Below, piece by piece: positions 6,904 to 17,214 of a stretch of DNA of 35,898 nucleotides. The notes under the pieces are model-generated. The model saw nothing but the letters and a program-made list of their open reading frames with translations, was not told where the DNA came from and ran no database searches. The stretch is from Pyrinomonadaceae bacterium (lineage in GTDB: Bacteria; Acidobacteriota; Blastocatellia; Pyrinomonadales; Pyrinomonadaceae): contig JBEBGA010000001.1 in assembly GCA_040081695.1 (NCBI GenBank), forward strand, positions 1-35,898, given 5' to 3'. Positions within the stretch are counted from its first letter, which is position 1. Every line of letters begins with the position of its first letter. The position numbers were made by a program, and so were the translations under genes.

Positions 6904-7704
6904 ATGAAAATATTGCCCGAGGATATAGAACTATATCGCGACCGCAAATGGCGGCGCGAAGACAACCTAAAGATCGACAGCGCCGAAGAAGCCGAAGCGA
7001 TGATCGAGGATCTTGGGTTTTCGCTAGGTTTGATCGACGCCCGCACGGATCTGCCCTCGATCTACATCGCCGTCTGCGGCCGCCGCGACGCGCATATGCC
7101 GCGAAACGTGCAAAAAGACCACGAGGCCAGCCGCGCGTGGGTGCTAAAAGACGAGATCATGGCCCGCGGCAATGTTTATTACGCCAAGCTGATCAAGGGG
7201 AAATCCTGGTTCCTAGCCCCGCGAATGATCCCGGTTTTTAACGCTATTTGGGGCTGCTCAAAAAAAGGCGAGAGCGGCATCCTGTCAAAAAATGCCCAGA
7301 TCGTGCTGAGAGTGCTCCGCAAAGAATGGGAAATGGCGACCGCCGATCTACGCGAAGAGTGTGGTTTTGCAGACAAGAAAGACCTCACAAACGCCATCGA
7401 CGAACTCCAACGCCGGATGAAAGTCATCCCGCAAGAGGCTCTCTATGTGCCAAAATTTACCTACATCTGGACACTCGCCGAGGCCCGTTTTCCTGAACAG
7501 ATGCAGGTAAAGATGAAACGCGAAGACGCCGTCCGCGAACTCGCCCGCACCTATCTACAAGCCTGCGGCATGACGCTGCTCGGCGATCTGTCAGGCAAAT
7601 TTGGCTTTTACAGATGGGAATCAGGCAAGGCAAATCACGAACTTGTGGATGAGGGTTTTGCTGAGAGACTGGCGACAGGCATCTACAGGCTCTCCGCCGT
7701 CTAG
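6904..7704 (+). CDS. hypothetical protein, possibly winged-helix (AlkZ/YcaQ-related is only a guess)
   Basis: Long ORF with coding-like composition. No SD is visible because the heptamer array abuts the ATG. The family assignment is tentative recollection. Confidence 0.6.
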   Translation: MKILPEDIELYRDRKWRREDNLKIDSAEEAEAMIEDLGFSLGLIDARTDLPSIYIAVCGRRDAHMPRNVQKDHEASRAWVLKDEIMARGNVYYAKLIKGKSWFLAPRMIPVFNAIWGCSKKGESGILSKNAQIVLRVLRKEWEMATADLREECGFADKKDLTNAIDELQRRMKVIPQEALYVPKFTYIWTLAEARFPEQMQVKMKREDAVRELARTYLQACGMTLLGDLSGKFGFYRWESGKANHELVDEGFAERLATGIYRLSAV

Positions 7705-7745
7705 CTCCCGATCGCACCTCACTAGCCCTGGAATTTGGATTCGTT

Positions 7746-9749
7746 TCAAGGGCGAACACCGATATTTTTGTATAGCGAAACGGGTTCGAAAATGTTTCCA
7801 TCTTTGACGACAAGCGAAACACGGCGAATATCGCTGATCTGGGCCGCGGGATTGCCATCAACCAGGATCAGATCGGCAAGTTTGCCCGGAGCGATCGAAC
7901 CGAGTTCAACGTCGCGTTTCATTATTCGAGCCGCACCGATGGTCGCCAGTTTCAAAACTTCGTTTGGCGGAATGCCTGCCTCGACATACAGTTCGAGCTC
8001 GCGGTGCAAGGCGAAACCGGCGATCGAGTCGGTCCCTGCAACAAGTGGAACGCCGGCATCATAAAGCATCTTGATCATCCGAAGCATGGCTTTTGAAGAC
8101 GCCCGATATCGCTCGTCGGTGCTTTCCGTGACAGGCAAACCGCCCGCCAGAAAGCCGCGCCGAACCTGAGGCGGCACGCGGTCGGCGATCGCTGCAAAAC
8201 CGGTCCCGATCGTGCCCGGACGGTTGGTGAACATTTCCTCAAAAATGTTTACGGTCGGATCAACAACGATCTTCTTTTCTCTTAAAAGTTTGATGAAAGC
8301 GCGGACCCGGTCCGAATTTAGATCAATGCTAGCCGCGCGGTCCGCGACGGCCGTAAATCGAGCCGGAGTTCTCGTATCCTTGACGTCGTCGAACAAGAAG
8401 TTGAGGAAGAGAAAATTGACGTGCTGCAGTTCGTCGGCGCCAAAACCTACAAATTGTTCGGCGGACATGAAAGCGGGAACGTGACCGCTAACGCGCAAGC
8501 CTTTGGCGTGGGCAAGCTCTATGATCTTCGGAACGAGTTCGGGTTTGATCGAACTGTAGATCTTAATACCCGTGTAACCGAGACTGGCGTAAGTTTCGAT
8601 CGCGGCTCGCGCCTCATCCTCCGTATCAACCAAAACTTTGGTGGGGCCGGTATAGGGTCCGCGTCCATCCATAAAACCAGTCATCAAAATTCGCGGTCCT
8701 ATCTCCTCGCCTCTCTCGATCTTACCTTTAAGAGCAACAAGTTGTTCGGTGTCGTTCGCCAGATCTCTGATCGTCGTTACGCCCGCCGCAATATGCATTA
8801 GCCCTTCGCCCGGGGAGATATGAACATGCATATCCCACAGCCCAGGCATCAGAGTTTTGCCTTTCGCGTCGATGATCTCAGCGTTCTTCGGTATAGCTAC
8901 CCTGCCGTCTTTGCCAACCGCCTTGATGCGATTGCCCTCGACCACGACTGTTGAGTTTGGAATTATTTTCGCGGTTTCCGAATCAAACAAATTAGCGCCC
9001 GTGAAAACGATCGGCTTAGAGCTTTTACGCGTCAAAGAGCGGACAAGCTTTCCGTAACGCTCGGCTTCCAGCTTCACTTGGGTATTAAGTAAGGTTGGAA
9101 CGCTCGACTCCCAACCCTCACGGACGATCGAGGACCAGCTGCTCACATTTGCGAAAAAACCGCCTTCGGAATCGAGCCAGATCGTCGCGGGCGTGAAACC
9201 AAGCCCAGCGATCTCATAGAGCGTAACGCGCTGCGTTTTATCGCCATCCTTGAGTGTCAACTCATCGGCGCGTTCGATCGAAGCTTCCCCCGTAGGCAAA
9301 AGCGGTAGGCGTTTTGTCGGCGATTTGAGAAGCGCCCGGGCAAGCAAGGCTAACTCTTCGGGTGCGCCATCCATTGAGATGTAAAAGGCCTTATTGCCGA
9401 GCTGCTTCTCACCTTGCTCGGCGCTATTTTTCCATTTCGCCGTGCCGCCGAGAAACGAAAATTTCTCGCTCACCGGCGCCTTGAGATAATTTAGTCCGAC
9501 AGTTTCGATCTCGGTAGGAATGCCATCAGGGCCAATGCTGATGCGCGTTTTGGTTTTTGGCCCTCGTCCGCGGTCGTTATATTCGTAATCATATTCGCGT
9601 ACGCCTTCGGGGGTAACTCGTGAAACCTGCACACCGGCAGGCTTGCCCATCATCAAGAAAGTATGCCGCGTTTCGGACTGCGCCGAAGCAGGCATGGCAA
9701 ATACACTCACCCCGAGCACCGATATGATTCCAATAACGAGCTTCAGCAT
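7746..9749 (-). CDS. secreted amidohydrolase-family metallohydrolase with an N-terminal extra domain
   Basis: GGAGGA lies 6 nt upstream of the internal ATG 9749. Signal peptide MLKLVIGIISVLGVSVFAMPASAQ. PGLWDMHVHI metal-binding HxH motif and a C-terminal amidohydrolase-like GTDS..ADLILVDGNP. Confidence 0.85.
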   Translation of the reverse strand: MLKLVIGIISVLGVSVFAMPASAQSETRHTFLMMGKPAGVQVSRVTPEGVREYDYEYNDRGRGPKTKTRISIGPDGIPTEIETVGLNYLKAPVSEKFSFLGGTAKWKNSAEQGEKQLGNKAFYISMDGAPEELALLARALLKSPTKRLPLLPTGEASIERADELTLKDGDKTQRVTLYEIAGLGFTPATIWLDSEGGFFANVSSWSSIVREGWESSVPTLLNTQVKLEAERYGKLVRSLTRKSSKPIVFTGANLFDSETAKIIPNSTVVVEGNRIKAVGKDGRVAIPKNAEIIDAKGKTLMPGLWDMHVHISPGEGLMHIAAGVTTIRDLANDTEQLVALKGKIERGEEIGPRILMTGFMDGRGPYTGPTKVLVDTEDEARAAIETYASLGYTGIKIYSSIKPELVPKIIELAHAKGLRVSGHVPAFMSAEQFVGFGADELQHVNFLFLNFLFDDVKDTRTPARFTAVADRAASIDLNSDRVRAFIKLLREKKIVVDPTVNIFEEMFTNRPGTIGTGFAAIADRVPPQVRRGFLAGGLPVTESTDERYRASSKAMLRMIKMLYDAGVPLVAGTDSIAGFALHRELELYVEAGIPPNEVLKLATIGAARIMKRDVELGSIAPGKLADLILVDGNPAAQISDIRRVSLVVKDGNIFEPVSLYKNIGVRP

Positions 9750-9802
9750 TATGTTTCCTCCGTAAACAGGAAAATTCACACCGACTACATGTCAGCTTAG
9801 TT

Positions 9803-11944
9803 TTAGTACAACATCAAGTCCGTCACCGCCTTCTCTACATCCTCGCTCTGCGGCAGGATATAATCTTCGACCTGCGGAGCGTATGCGACAAAGGTGTCGG
9901 TCGCTCCGACGCGGCGGACGGGGGCGTCGAGGTATTCGAACAGGTCGTTGCCAATACGTGCGGCGATCTCGGCTCCGTAGCCGTATGAGAGCGGGTCCTC
10001 GTGAGCGACGATAACGCGTGAGGTTTTCTTGACCGACTCGGCGATCGCTTCCCAATCGTACGGGACGAGCGTTCGCAGATCAATGATCTCAACCGAGATG
10101 CCCTGCTGCTCGAGCCGTTTGGCGGCCTGATTTGAGCGTTCGACAAGTGCTCCGTAGGTCACGATCGTGATGTCGGTGCCCGAACGGACCGTTTTTGCTT
10201 TACCAAACGGGATCAGAAAATCGCTCGACGGATACTGCGATTTGTTATAGACCTGGCGGTAGAGATGCTTATGCTCAAGAAACAAGACCGGGTCGTCGCA
10301 GCGGATGGCTGTACGCAATAAACCGTTTGCATCCAGTGCATTAGACGGATAGACGATCATCAGCCCCGGCGTGTGCGAAAATAGCGTCGTGCCGGATTGC
10401 GAGTGGTAAACGGCACCGCCTTTGAGATAGCCGCCGACCGGGACACGCATCACCATCGGGCATTTTGTATCGCCGTCAGAGCGCCAACGCGTGACAGCAA
10501 CTTCGTTACGGATCTGCTGCATCGCCGGGAAAATGTAGTCAAAAAACTGTATCTCGACAACCGGTTTCAAATTGCGGATCGCCATGCCGACCGCACGGCC
10601 GATGATGTTTGCCTCAGCGAGCGGCGTATTGAAAACGCGTGCTCCGCCAAATTTACGCTGCAGATTTGCCGTGACCTTGAACACGCCGCCCTTGCCCTTG
10701 ACCGTTTCGAGGTACTCTTCGCGTGAACAATCGGCGACATCCTCGCCAAAGACGACGATCCGCTCGTCACGCTCCATCTCCTCATGCATACAGCGGTTGA
10801 TGAGATCGACCATCGTCCCGGCGTTTCCGCTAAGCTCGGCACCGTCCTCGGTGTCAAAAAGCTGGCGGTCGGTCGGATCGATGTCGGGTGAAAACACGTT
10901 ACGGTGTGCCGTTTCGGGTGCAGGCTGCGGCGTCTCGATGGCGATGTCGGCGGCTTTGTTGACCTCATCATCAACCTCTTTGCGCAAAGCCTCGAGCGCT
11001 TCTGACGAAGCAATTCCCTCCGTCATCAAAAACTCGGCGTATTTCTTGATCGGATCGATCGCTGCATCAGCCTCAAGTTCCTCGACAGGCCGATAGAGCT
11101 TTTCGTCGTCCGACAGCGAGTGCGAATACGGACGAACTACCTTGCCGCGAATAAACGCCGGGCCTTTTCTTGCACGGCAATATTCGACCGCGTTTTTGAA
11201 CGCCTCATACGACGCCAGCACATCGGTGCCGTCAACGTTTTGAATATAAAGATCTGGAAAACCGACGACCAGTTTTGACACGTCGCCGCCGGCAGTGCCC
11301 ACCTCGACGGGTGTAGAGATGGCGTAACCGTTATCCTCAACGACAAAGATCACGGGCAGCTTTAGATTGCTGGCGGTATTGAGCGATTCCCACCACTCGC
11401 CCTCGCTCGTCGTGCCGTCGCCGACCGACATATACACGACCTCGTCGCCCTTAAAACCGGTGATCTTGTCCTGCAAGCCTTTAATTATTGAGGCACGATA
11501 GCTCGCCTCAGCCGCACCCACCGCGTGGAGAGCTTGCGTTCCGGTACACGACGATTGCGAAGGAACATTCAGATCCTTATGCCCCCAGTGCGAAGGCATC
11601 TGACGCCCGTGCGAATTTGGATCAACCTCAGCCCCGACCGCCGACCAGAGCATTTCCTGAGCCGTCATTCCGAGGCCGAGCATCAGCGCGCGGTCGCGAT
11701 AATATGGGAAAAACCAGTCGTACGCGGGTTTCATCGCAAGCGCGGCAGCGGCAAGCATCGCTTCGTGCCCGGCACCAGAGATCTGAAAAAATATCTTGTT
11801 CTGGCCCTTGAGCTGTATCTCTTTGTCATCGACCCGCCGCGAGATATACATCGTGCGGTACAGGCCAAGCAGGGTCTCGGTGTCGAGCCCCTGGTATTTT
11901 TCAGCTGCGGTTGCTTTACCGTTCTTTTTTGTTCCGGTCGCCAT
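9803..11944 (-). CDS. fused alpha/beta E1 component of a thiamine-diphosphate-dependent 2-oxoacid dehydrogenase
   Basis: The alpha half has the TPP motif [36 protein letters not shown]. The beta half has [20 protein letters not shown] and a transketolase-like C-terminus. Both are in a single 713-aa ORF. Confidence 0.9.
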   Translation of the reverse strand: MATGTKKNGKATAAEKYQGLDTETLLGLYRTMYISRRVDDKEIQLKGQNKIFFQISGAGHEAMLAAAALAMKPAYDWFFPYYRDRALMLGLGMTAQEMLWSAVGAEVDPNSHGRQMPSHWGHKDLNVPSQSSCTGTQALHAVGAAEASYRASIIKGLQDKITGFKGDEVVYMSVGDGTTSEGEWWESLNTASNLKLPVIFVVEDNGYAISTPVEVGTAGGDVSKLVVGFPDLYIQNVDGTDVLASYEAFKNAVEYCRARKGPAFIRGKVVRPYSHSLSDDEKLYRPVEELEADAAIDPIKKYAEFLMTEGIASSEALEALRKEVDDEVNKAADIAIETPQPAPETAHRNVFSPDIDPTDRQLFDTEDGAELSGNAGTMVDLINRCMHEEMERDERIVVFGEDVADCSREEYLETVKGKGGVFKVTANLQRKFGGARVFNTPLAEANIIGRAVGMAIRNLKPVVEIQFFDYIFPAMQQIRNEVAVTRWRSDGDTKCPMVMRVPVGGYLKGGAVYHSQSGTTLFSHTPGLMIVYPSNALDANGLLRTAIRCDDPVLFLEHKHLYRQVYNKSQYPSSDFLIPFGKAKTVRSGTDITIVTYGALVERSNQAAKRLEQQGISVEIIDLRTLVPYDWEAIAESVKKTSRVIVAHEDPLSYGYGAEIAARIGNDLFEYLDAPVRRVGATDTFVAYAPQVEDYILPQSEDVEKAVTDLMLY

Positions 11945-12038
11945 TTATCTAGTTCCTATTACTGCAAATATTACTAATGCGGCAACTTTTTAAGATACCA
12001 AATCGCGGGAACACGGGCAATTTGCAGACGGCGGCGCT

Positions 12039-13691
12039 TTATTGCGCTTTCAAAACCCATCCGTCAGGATCAACCATAGGCGGGGTTCCGGTGAAGGTCA
12101 CCGAACCTTTGCCGTCTTTCATCTCGACACGTTGCGTTTTGCCGTCTATAACAACATCGATCGGCATTGGGAACGGCATATTATTTGGCGTTTCCCAGCT
12201 AAGGGTAAGTGTATTGCCCGCAACCGTTGAGACGAGTTTCGGCAGTTTCGGTTGGCGCAGGTACATCTCAAACAGCCAGTCGAGCTCCATACCAGAATCG
12301 GCTTCGGCGATGGCAAGGAAATCGTCGGTATTCACGAGACGTGTCTGGCGGCCGTCCGTAAAAGATTCCATTTCTTTATCAGGATAGGCCATATGCCTGA
12401 GGGCTTTGAAAAACGCTTCGTCGCCGATGTAGTACCTAAGCGTGTGCAGAAAATAGGCACCTTTGCCATAAATATCGCCGTCCGAACTGAGATAGTCCGG
12501 TTCGGACATGTACACCTGATAGGCGATCTTTGGCTCACGCGGTGCGACGGGTTGTTTGTTTTTGAACCCGCGAGCACGGGCTTTCATCGCCGCCATGTAT
12601 GCTGCCTTTCCTTTTATGTCTTGTGTGTAAAGGGTATCCATAAAGGTTTGGAAACCCTCGTGGATCCAAAAATCTCGCCAGTCGCTCGCGGTTACGAGAT
12701 TTGCCCACCATTCGTGGCCGTATTCATGCAACATCAGCCAATCGGTGCCGTCTTCGTTGTATTTATACTTGTTCCCGTAGGCGATCATTGTTGAATGTTC
12801 CATACCCAAATGTGGCGTTTCGGCAATGCCCAGCTTTTGCGAACGCCACGGATACGGCCCCAAATATTTTTCGAGAAATGCGTTGTATTTCTTGGTCTCG
12901 GCGATCAGGCTTGGCCCCTTTTCATAGCTTTCGGGCAATATGTAAAACTCGATCGGTATCATTTCGCCCGTGATGCTTTTGACGCTGTCTTTGATCACAC
13001 GGTAGGGTGCTGCGTTGAATACGAGCGAATAGTTTGGGATAGGATTCTTTACCGACCATTTGTATGTTGAGGTTTTGTCTTTGTTCTTGATCACCTCATC
13101 AAGCACGCCCGGAGCCGCAACGACCAGCGGGTCGGGAACCGTGATCAACATTGTCGCCGTTTCGACCTTGTCTGACGGATGATCTTTGACAGGAAAATAG
13201 AGATCGGCACCGTCATTCTGCAGAGCGACCGAGATCCAATCGGCGCCACTCGGTGTTTTTTCCCACATAAACCCGCCGACCCATGGTGCACGCGGAGCAA
13301 CGCGAGGTTTGCCGCTGTACTTTGTGCGAATCGCGATCAACTCGCCCGGCTGTAATGTTTGTGGGAACCAGATCCACAGCTTGCTACCACGCCGTTCCCA
13401 CTTTACGGCATCGAGCCAGTTTTCGATCTTAGAGACCGTGAATGTTGTGTCTAGATCCAATACGACAACATTGGTTGGTATAACGATCTTGGCGTTCATC
13501 AATGTTTCACCGGCTATCGAACGCTCTTTCGGATCGACCTTAACGTCGATCTCATAAAAACTCACATCATAGGCCGCTTGTTCAAACATCAGCGGCCCGC
13601 CCGTCTCGGTCGGCCTGACGCCGAGTTCACGTTGTGCAAAAGCAGATGCGGCAAAAGCTAAAATTGCGATCAATATGTAAATTTGTTTCAT
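12039..13691 (-). CDS. M1-family zinc metallopeptidase (aminopeptidase N-like), secreted
   Basis: HEYGHEWW (HExxH) followed by WIHEGFQTF. Signal peptide MKQIYILIAILAFAASAFAQ from ATG 13691. The ORF-track start 13709 is a GTG. Confidence 0.88.
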   Translation of the reverse strand: MKQIYILIAILAFAASAFAQRELGVRPTETGGPLMFEQAAYDVSFYEIDVKVDPKERSIAGETLMNAKIVIPTNVVVLDLDTTFTVSKIENWLDAVKWERRGSKLWIWFPQTLQPGELIAIRTKYSGKPRVAPRAPWVGGFMWEKTPSGADWISVALQNDGADLYFPVKDHPSDKVETATMLITVPDPLVVAAPGVLDEVIKNKDKTSTYKWSVKNPIPNYSLVFNAAPYRVIKDSVKSITGEMIPIEFYILPESYEKGPSLIAETKKYNAFLEKYLGPYPWRSQKLGIAETPHLGMEHSTMIAYGNKYKYNEDGTDWLMLHEYGHEWWANLVTASDWRDFWIHEGFQTFMDTLYTQDIKGKAAYMAAMKARARGFKNKQPVAPREPKIAYQVYMSEPDYLSSDGDIYGKGAYFLHTLRYYIGDEAFFKALRHMAYPDKEMESFTDGRQTRLVNTDDFLAIAEADSGMELDWLFEMYLRQPKLPKLVSTVAGNTLTLSWETPNNMPFPMPIDVVIDGKTQRVEMKDGKGSVTFTGTPPMVDPDGWVLKAQ

Positions 13692-13761
13692 ATCCTGATA
13701 TGGCTCCACGTAGCGTTTTTTCTACTTTACACTCTGTTCCGTTTTGCCGAAAATGGTTTAG

Positions 13762-14415
13762 ATGTTTGGACGAATAATTTTTACGTTAATTTTGCTCGCG
13801 ATGTTTTCGGTTTCACTGGCTGTCGGCCAAGAGAGCACGCAAAAAGCGAATGCACGGCCTACGCCAACGCCTACTATGGTGACGGAGCCGTTTGACCGTG
13901 CCGATGTGAAAACAATGGCGTCAAAATGCGTCACGCTCGACACTGAGTCAGGCATTATCGAGATCGAGCTCTATCCCGAAAGCGCCCCCGAATCTGTTCG
14001 CAATTTCCTCAATCTTGCAGCTATCGGAGCTTTTGACACAACGCTTTTTAGCCGTGTCGTGCCCGGGTTTGTTGTACAGGGCGGCAATGTTTGGACTCGC
14101 TCAGACGGTGTTCCAGCGGGGCTCGGGGCTCGTGCGCGACGTACGATACCGGACGAGCCCAACAAGATCCTCCACGAACGCGGCATCCTCTCAATGGCTC
14201 GCACCGACGAACCCAATCAGGCGACCTCACACTTTTTTATTCTTGTATCTGACGCTCCGCACCTCGATGGGAAGTTTGCAGCATTTGGACGTGTGACGCG
14301 CGGGATGGATGTAGTGGATTCGTTAAATAAAGCTGCCGTGACGGACGAAAAGCCGGATAAACCGGTTCGGATAAAAAGAGCCTCCGTGATTGCGTGTGTC
14401 AGCTCTGTAAATTAG
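13762..14415 (+). CDS. secreted cyclophilin-type peptidyl-prolyl cis-trans isomerase
   Basis: Signal peptide MFGRIIFTLILLAMFSVSLAVGQ. FSRVVPGFVVQGGN and SHFFILVSDAPHLDGKFAAFGRV motifs. Confidence 0.9.
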   Translation: MFGRIIFTLILLAMFSVSLAVGQESTQKANARPTPTPTMVTEPFDRADVKTMASKCVTLDTESGIIEIELYPESAPESVRNFLNLAAIGAFDTTLFSRVVPGFVVQGGNVWTRSDGVPAGLGARARRTIPDEPNKILHERGILSMARTDEPNQATSHFFILVSDAPHLDGKFAAFGRVTRGMDVVDSLNKAAVTDEKPDKPVRIKRASVIACVSSVN

Positions 14416-14883
14416 ATGGACGGCATCATACGGATCGTAAGAGATTTCTTCTTTGTGATACTTGCCGCATCGATCGGCAGTATTGTACTCAGCATTATCT
14501 TGATGCTGGCTGTCACGTCCATCTACCAGAGTCCGCTAGTAACCTTTCTGGTCACCCTGCTTTTCACACCGTTCCATTTTTCTGATCTTCGTCGATTCTT
14601 CAGAGAACGGGAATTTTTGCTCGTCGCTACACGCTTTATCTTTATGACCGCGATCAGCGCTTTTCTCGTGGGGTTGTTTCGGTTTGCTCTGGAATATGCA
14701 ACGGTTGATTGGTTTCTGCTCCCGCTGCTATTGGTGACCGTTCCGATCCTGTTCGCACTGTTCGCGACCTATCTATTCTTCGCATTTTTCTTTCCAAAAA
14801 ACAGCACTTACATCAGGCTAAACCACTGGTGGAACGACCTGGTCAGAGGCGGCAAGATCTACGGTATCTGGTGGGATTATTGA
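14416..14883 (+). CDS. hypothetical multi-pass membrane protein
   Basis: The ATG immediately follows the cyclophilin TAG stop (taGATG context at 14413-14418). Four hydrophobic segments. Confidence 0.6.
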   Translation: MDGIIRIVRDFFFVILAASIGSIVLSIILMLAVTSIYQSPLVTFLVTLLFTPFHFSDLRRFFREREFLLVATRFIFMTAISAFLVGLFRFALEYATVDWFLLPLLLVTVPILFALFATYLFFAFFFPKNSTYIRLNHWWNDLVRGGKIYGIWWDY

Positions 14884-15197
14884 TCGGAAAGGTCGAGATC
14901 TAACGTCATCCTGTATTCACTAGCCATCGACGGATGCCCATGTGCCATCGATGCTTCGATGCCTTTGCGGTACGTTTCTATCGCCTTTTCGCGGTCGCCG
15001 TTCTGTAGGTAAGCATTGGCAAGCACGCCGTAAGCATTGCCTTCGTCGTTGTATTTGGAGATATAGGTTTCGAGCATTGCGATCACTTTGGAGTGATCGC
15101 CTAATTTTTCATATTCCTTGGCGAGCCCGAACATCACCATTGTGTTCTCAGGATCGTCGGCGAGCATTTGTTCGAAAACTTCGATGCGATTTTGCAT
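14877..15197 (-). CDS. small tetratricopeptide-repeat protein
   Basis: TPR-like helical pairs (FGLAKEYEKLGDHSKVIAMLE, AYGVLANAYLQNGDREKAIETYRKGI). Confidence 0.7.
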   Translation of the reverse strand: MQNRIEVFEQMLADDPENTMVMFGLAKEYEKLGDHSKVIAMLETYISKYNDEGNAYGVLANAYLQNGDREKAIETYRKGIEASMAHGHPSMASEYRMTLDLDLSDQ

Positions 15198-15243
15198 AAA
15201 GAAATTTTAACAGCAAAGGCAGGATAGACAAGATAACTACTGT

Positions 15244-16284
15244 TCAGAAAAGACGCTGCTGGATTGGCGGCGTCACCTCGACCAGTTTGTCTTTTGGCTG
15301 CTCACGCATTCGCTCTGCGTTAAAGCCAAGCCGTTTTGCGTGAAAATCGAATAGCCTTTTTGTTACTTCCCATTGCTCGGTCTTGCCGGTGCTGCGGTCT
15401 TTGTAAGTGGCGTGACGGAGCGTGCCGCCGCGTTCGCGTTTCATTGTGTTTATGACCTTTGCGGCGGCGGTTGGCGAGAGACGCTCGTGCATCTTTTGCA
15501 CAAAATACTCTTCGATCGAATCGGTATCGAGATGCAGCATCGACATAAAGGCCCGCGTGGCTCCGGATTCTTTTGCACGTTCGAGCAGCCCCGGAATGTC
15601 CGATTCGTTGTAACCGGGTATCACCGGTGCGATCCCTATCCCGACCGGAATGCCCGCGTCGGCGATCTCTCGCATAGCCCTAAAACGTGCATCAGGAACA
15701 GGTGTGTATGGTTCAAAAGGGTTGGACTTTTCTTTGGTAAGAAACGGCAGCGAGAAGAAGACGCTACACTTTAATTTCTTCAAAATATCAATATCCCGCG
15801 TTACAAGTGGCGCTTTTGTAATTACACCAACGGGCACGCGAAACTCAGCACAAACCTCGAGGCATTTGCGGGTCAATTCGTAGCTTGCCTCAAGCGGTAG
15901 ATACGGATCGGTCGCAAACGAAAAATCTATGTGCGGCATCTTGTCACGCGTTTTCTTTAGCTCCTGACGCAAGATCTGCGGGGCATTTGGCTTTACGATT
16001 ATCTTGGTCTCAAAATCTGTGCCAGCTCCGTATCCCAGATACTCGTGATACTGGCGGGCAAAACAATATGTACAGCCGTGAACGCAGCCGCGATAGCAGT
16101 TGACCGTGTACCGCCAACCGCCTTCCCAATCTGACGCGAACGCTTTGGTGATCATTTTCTTCGTCGCGGTTTCCTCAAAGATCTCGAGCTTTGTCGGCGG
16201 CGGCTCACCGACGAATTCGGCAGAGAATTTGTTGTAGGGATTTGGAGGGTTTTGATGTATCTCACAGATGCAACAATAACTCAT
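15244..16284 (-). CDS. radical SAM protein (PA0069-like family)
   Basis: The CX3CX2C cluster motif YRGCVHGCTYCFARQ near the N-terminus. The family name is from memory. Confidence 0.85.
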   Translation of the reverse strand: MSYCCICEIHQNPPNPYNKFSAEFVGEPPPTKLEIFEETATKKMITKAFASDWEGGWRYTVNCYRGCVHGCTYCFARQYHEYLGYGAGTDFETKIIVKPNAPQILRQELKKTRDKMPHIDFSFATDPYLPLEASYELTRKCLEVCAEFRVPVGVITKAPLVTRDIDILKKLKCSVFFSLPFLTKEKSNPFEPYTPVPDARFRAMREIADAGIPVGIGIAPVIPGYNESDIPGLLERAKESGATRAFMSMLHLDTDSIEEYFVQKMHERLSPTAAAKVINTMKRERGGTLRHATYKDRSTGKTEQWEVTKRLFDFHAKRLGFNAERMREQPKDKLVEVTPPIQQRLF

Positions 16285-16303
16285 TATTGAGAATCATCGC
16301 AAG

Positions 16304-16684
16304 TTAACTTCTGATCCGGCTAGCGATAAATGGCGAGAAGAACATTATTAGCAGACCGAGCGGCATAAGGCCGCCTTGGCTAGGGTCATAGTCCATAAAA
16401 ACCCTATCCCACCCGCCAAATGCGTATCCGAGCCCGACCTCAAAAGTTAACGTTAATAAGGTCCAAATGGTACCTACCGTCAGCAATTCACTAGTTCGGA
16501 TAGCTCCGATCCATTTGATCGTGAAAAACGCGATCAGCAAAATTAGGAACGAGCCGACAGCAACGCCGATCTGATTTGCGCGGATCTGGCCCGTCAGCGG
16601 CACGAGAAAAAGGCCTCGCAAAATGCCGTGAAGCGTCTCGACCAGCATTAATAAGAGCCAAATAAGTAACGCACGGGTGATCAC
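16304..16684 (-). CDS. hypothetical membrane protein
   Basis: Four predicted hydrophobic helices. Tightly spaced between the GNAT and radical SAM genes. Confidence 0.6.
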   Translation of the reverse strand: MITRALLIWLLLMLVETLHGILRGLFLVPLTGQIRANQIGVAVGSFLILLIAFFTIKWIGAIRTSELLTVGTIWTLLTLTFEVGLGYAFGGWDRVFMDYDPSQGGLMPLGLLIMFFSPFIASRIRS

Positions 16685-16689
16685 AGCGG

Positions 16690-17214
16690 TTAAAGAGGGC
16701 GTTGCATCAAAAGGTCAGTTTGTGGGTCTGACCCGAGTTGAAAGGTATGCTTTCCAACTTCGCGAAAGCCGTTCTTTTCGTAAAATCGCTGTGCCCTTGG
16801 GTTGTATTCCCAGACGCCAAGCCACATTACATCGTGATCGTGCGACTTTGCGAGGTCAAAGCATGCGTCCATCAGATTTTGCCCCACGCCTTTGCCGAGA
16901 TATTCCTGATGGGAATAGAGCCGTGAAAGCTCGATGGGATTTTCTGCGGTGATGCCTTCCTCAATACTTTCAACGATCAATTTCGCGTATCCGGCTGGTT
17001 TGTCATCAAGCTCCGCGATCAAAAATATCGTTTTGTCATCGCCCAGCTCAACGGCGATCTGCTCTATGGTAAAAGCCTGCCGCATGTAGTGAGCGAGGTC
17101 GTCCGGCGCATTTTTGGGATGATGAGCAAACGCATCCCAAAATGTCGTGTATGACAGATCGGTCAGCAGTTTGGCGTCGTCAGGTGTTGCCTGACGTATC
17201 GATATCTCAGACAT
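16690..17214 (-). CDS. GNAT-family N-acetyltransferase
   Basis: Acetyl-CoA binding-type motif YLGKGVGQNLMD and C-terminal RAQRFYEKNGF. The start overlaps the acyl-CoA dehydrogenase stop (TAATG). Confidence 0.85.
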   Translation of the reverse strand: MSEISIRQATPDDAKLLTDLSYTTFWDAFAHHPKNAPDDLAHYMRQAFTIEQIAVELGDDKTIFLIAELDDKPAGYAKLIVESIEEGITAENPIELSRLYSHQEYLGKGVGQNLMDACFDLAKSHDHDVMWLGVWEYNPRAQRFYEKNGFREVGKHTFQLGSDPQTDLLMQRPL

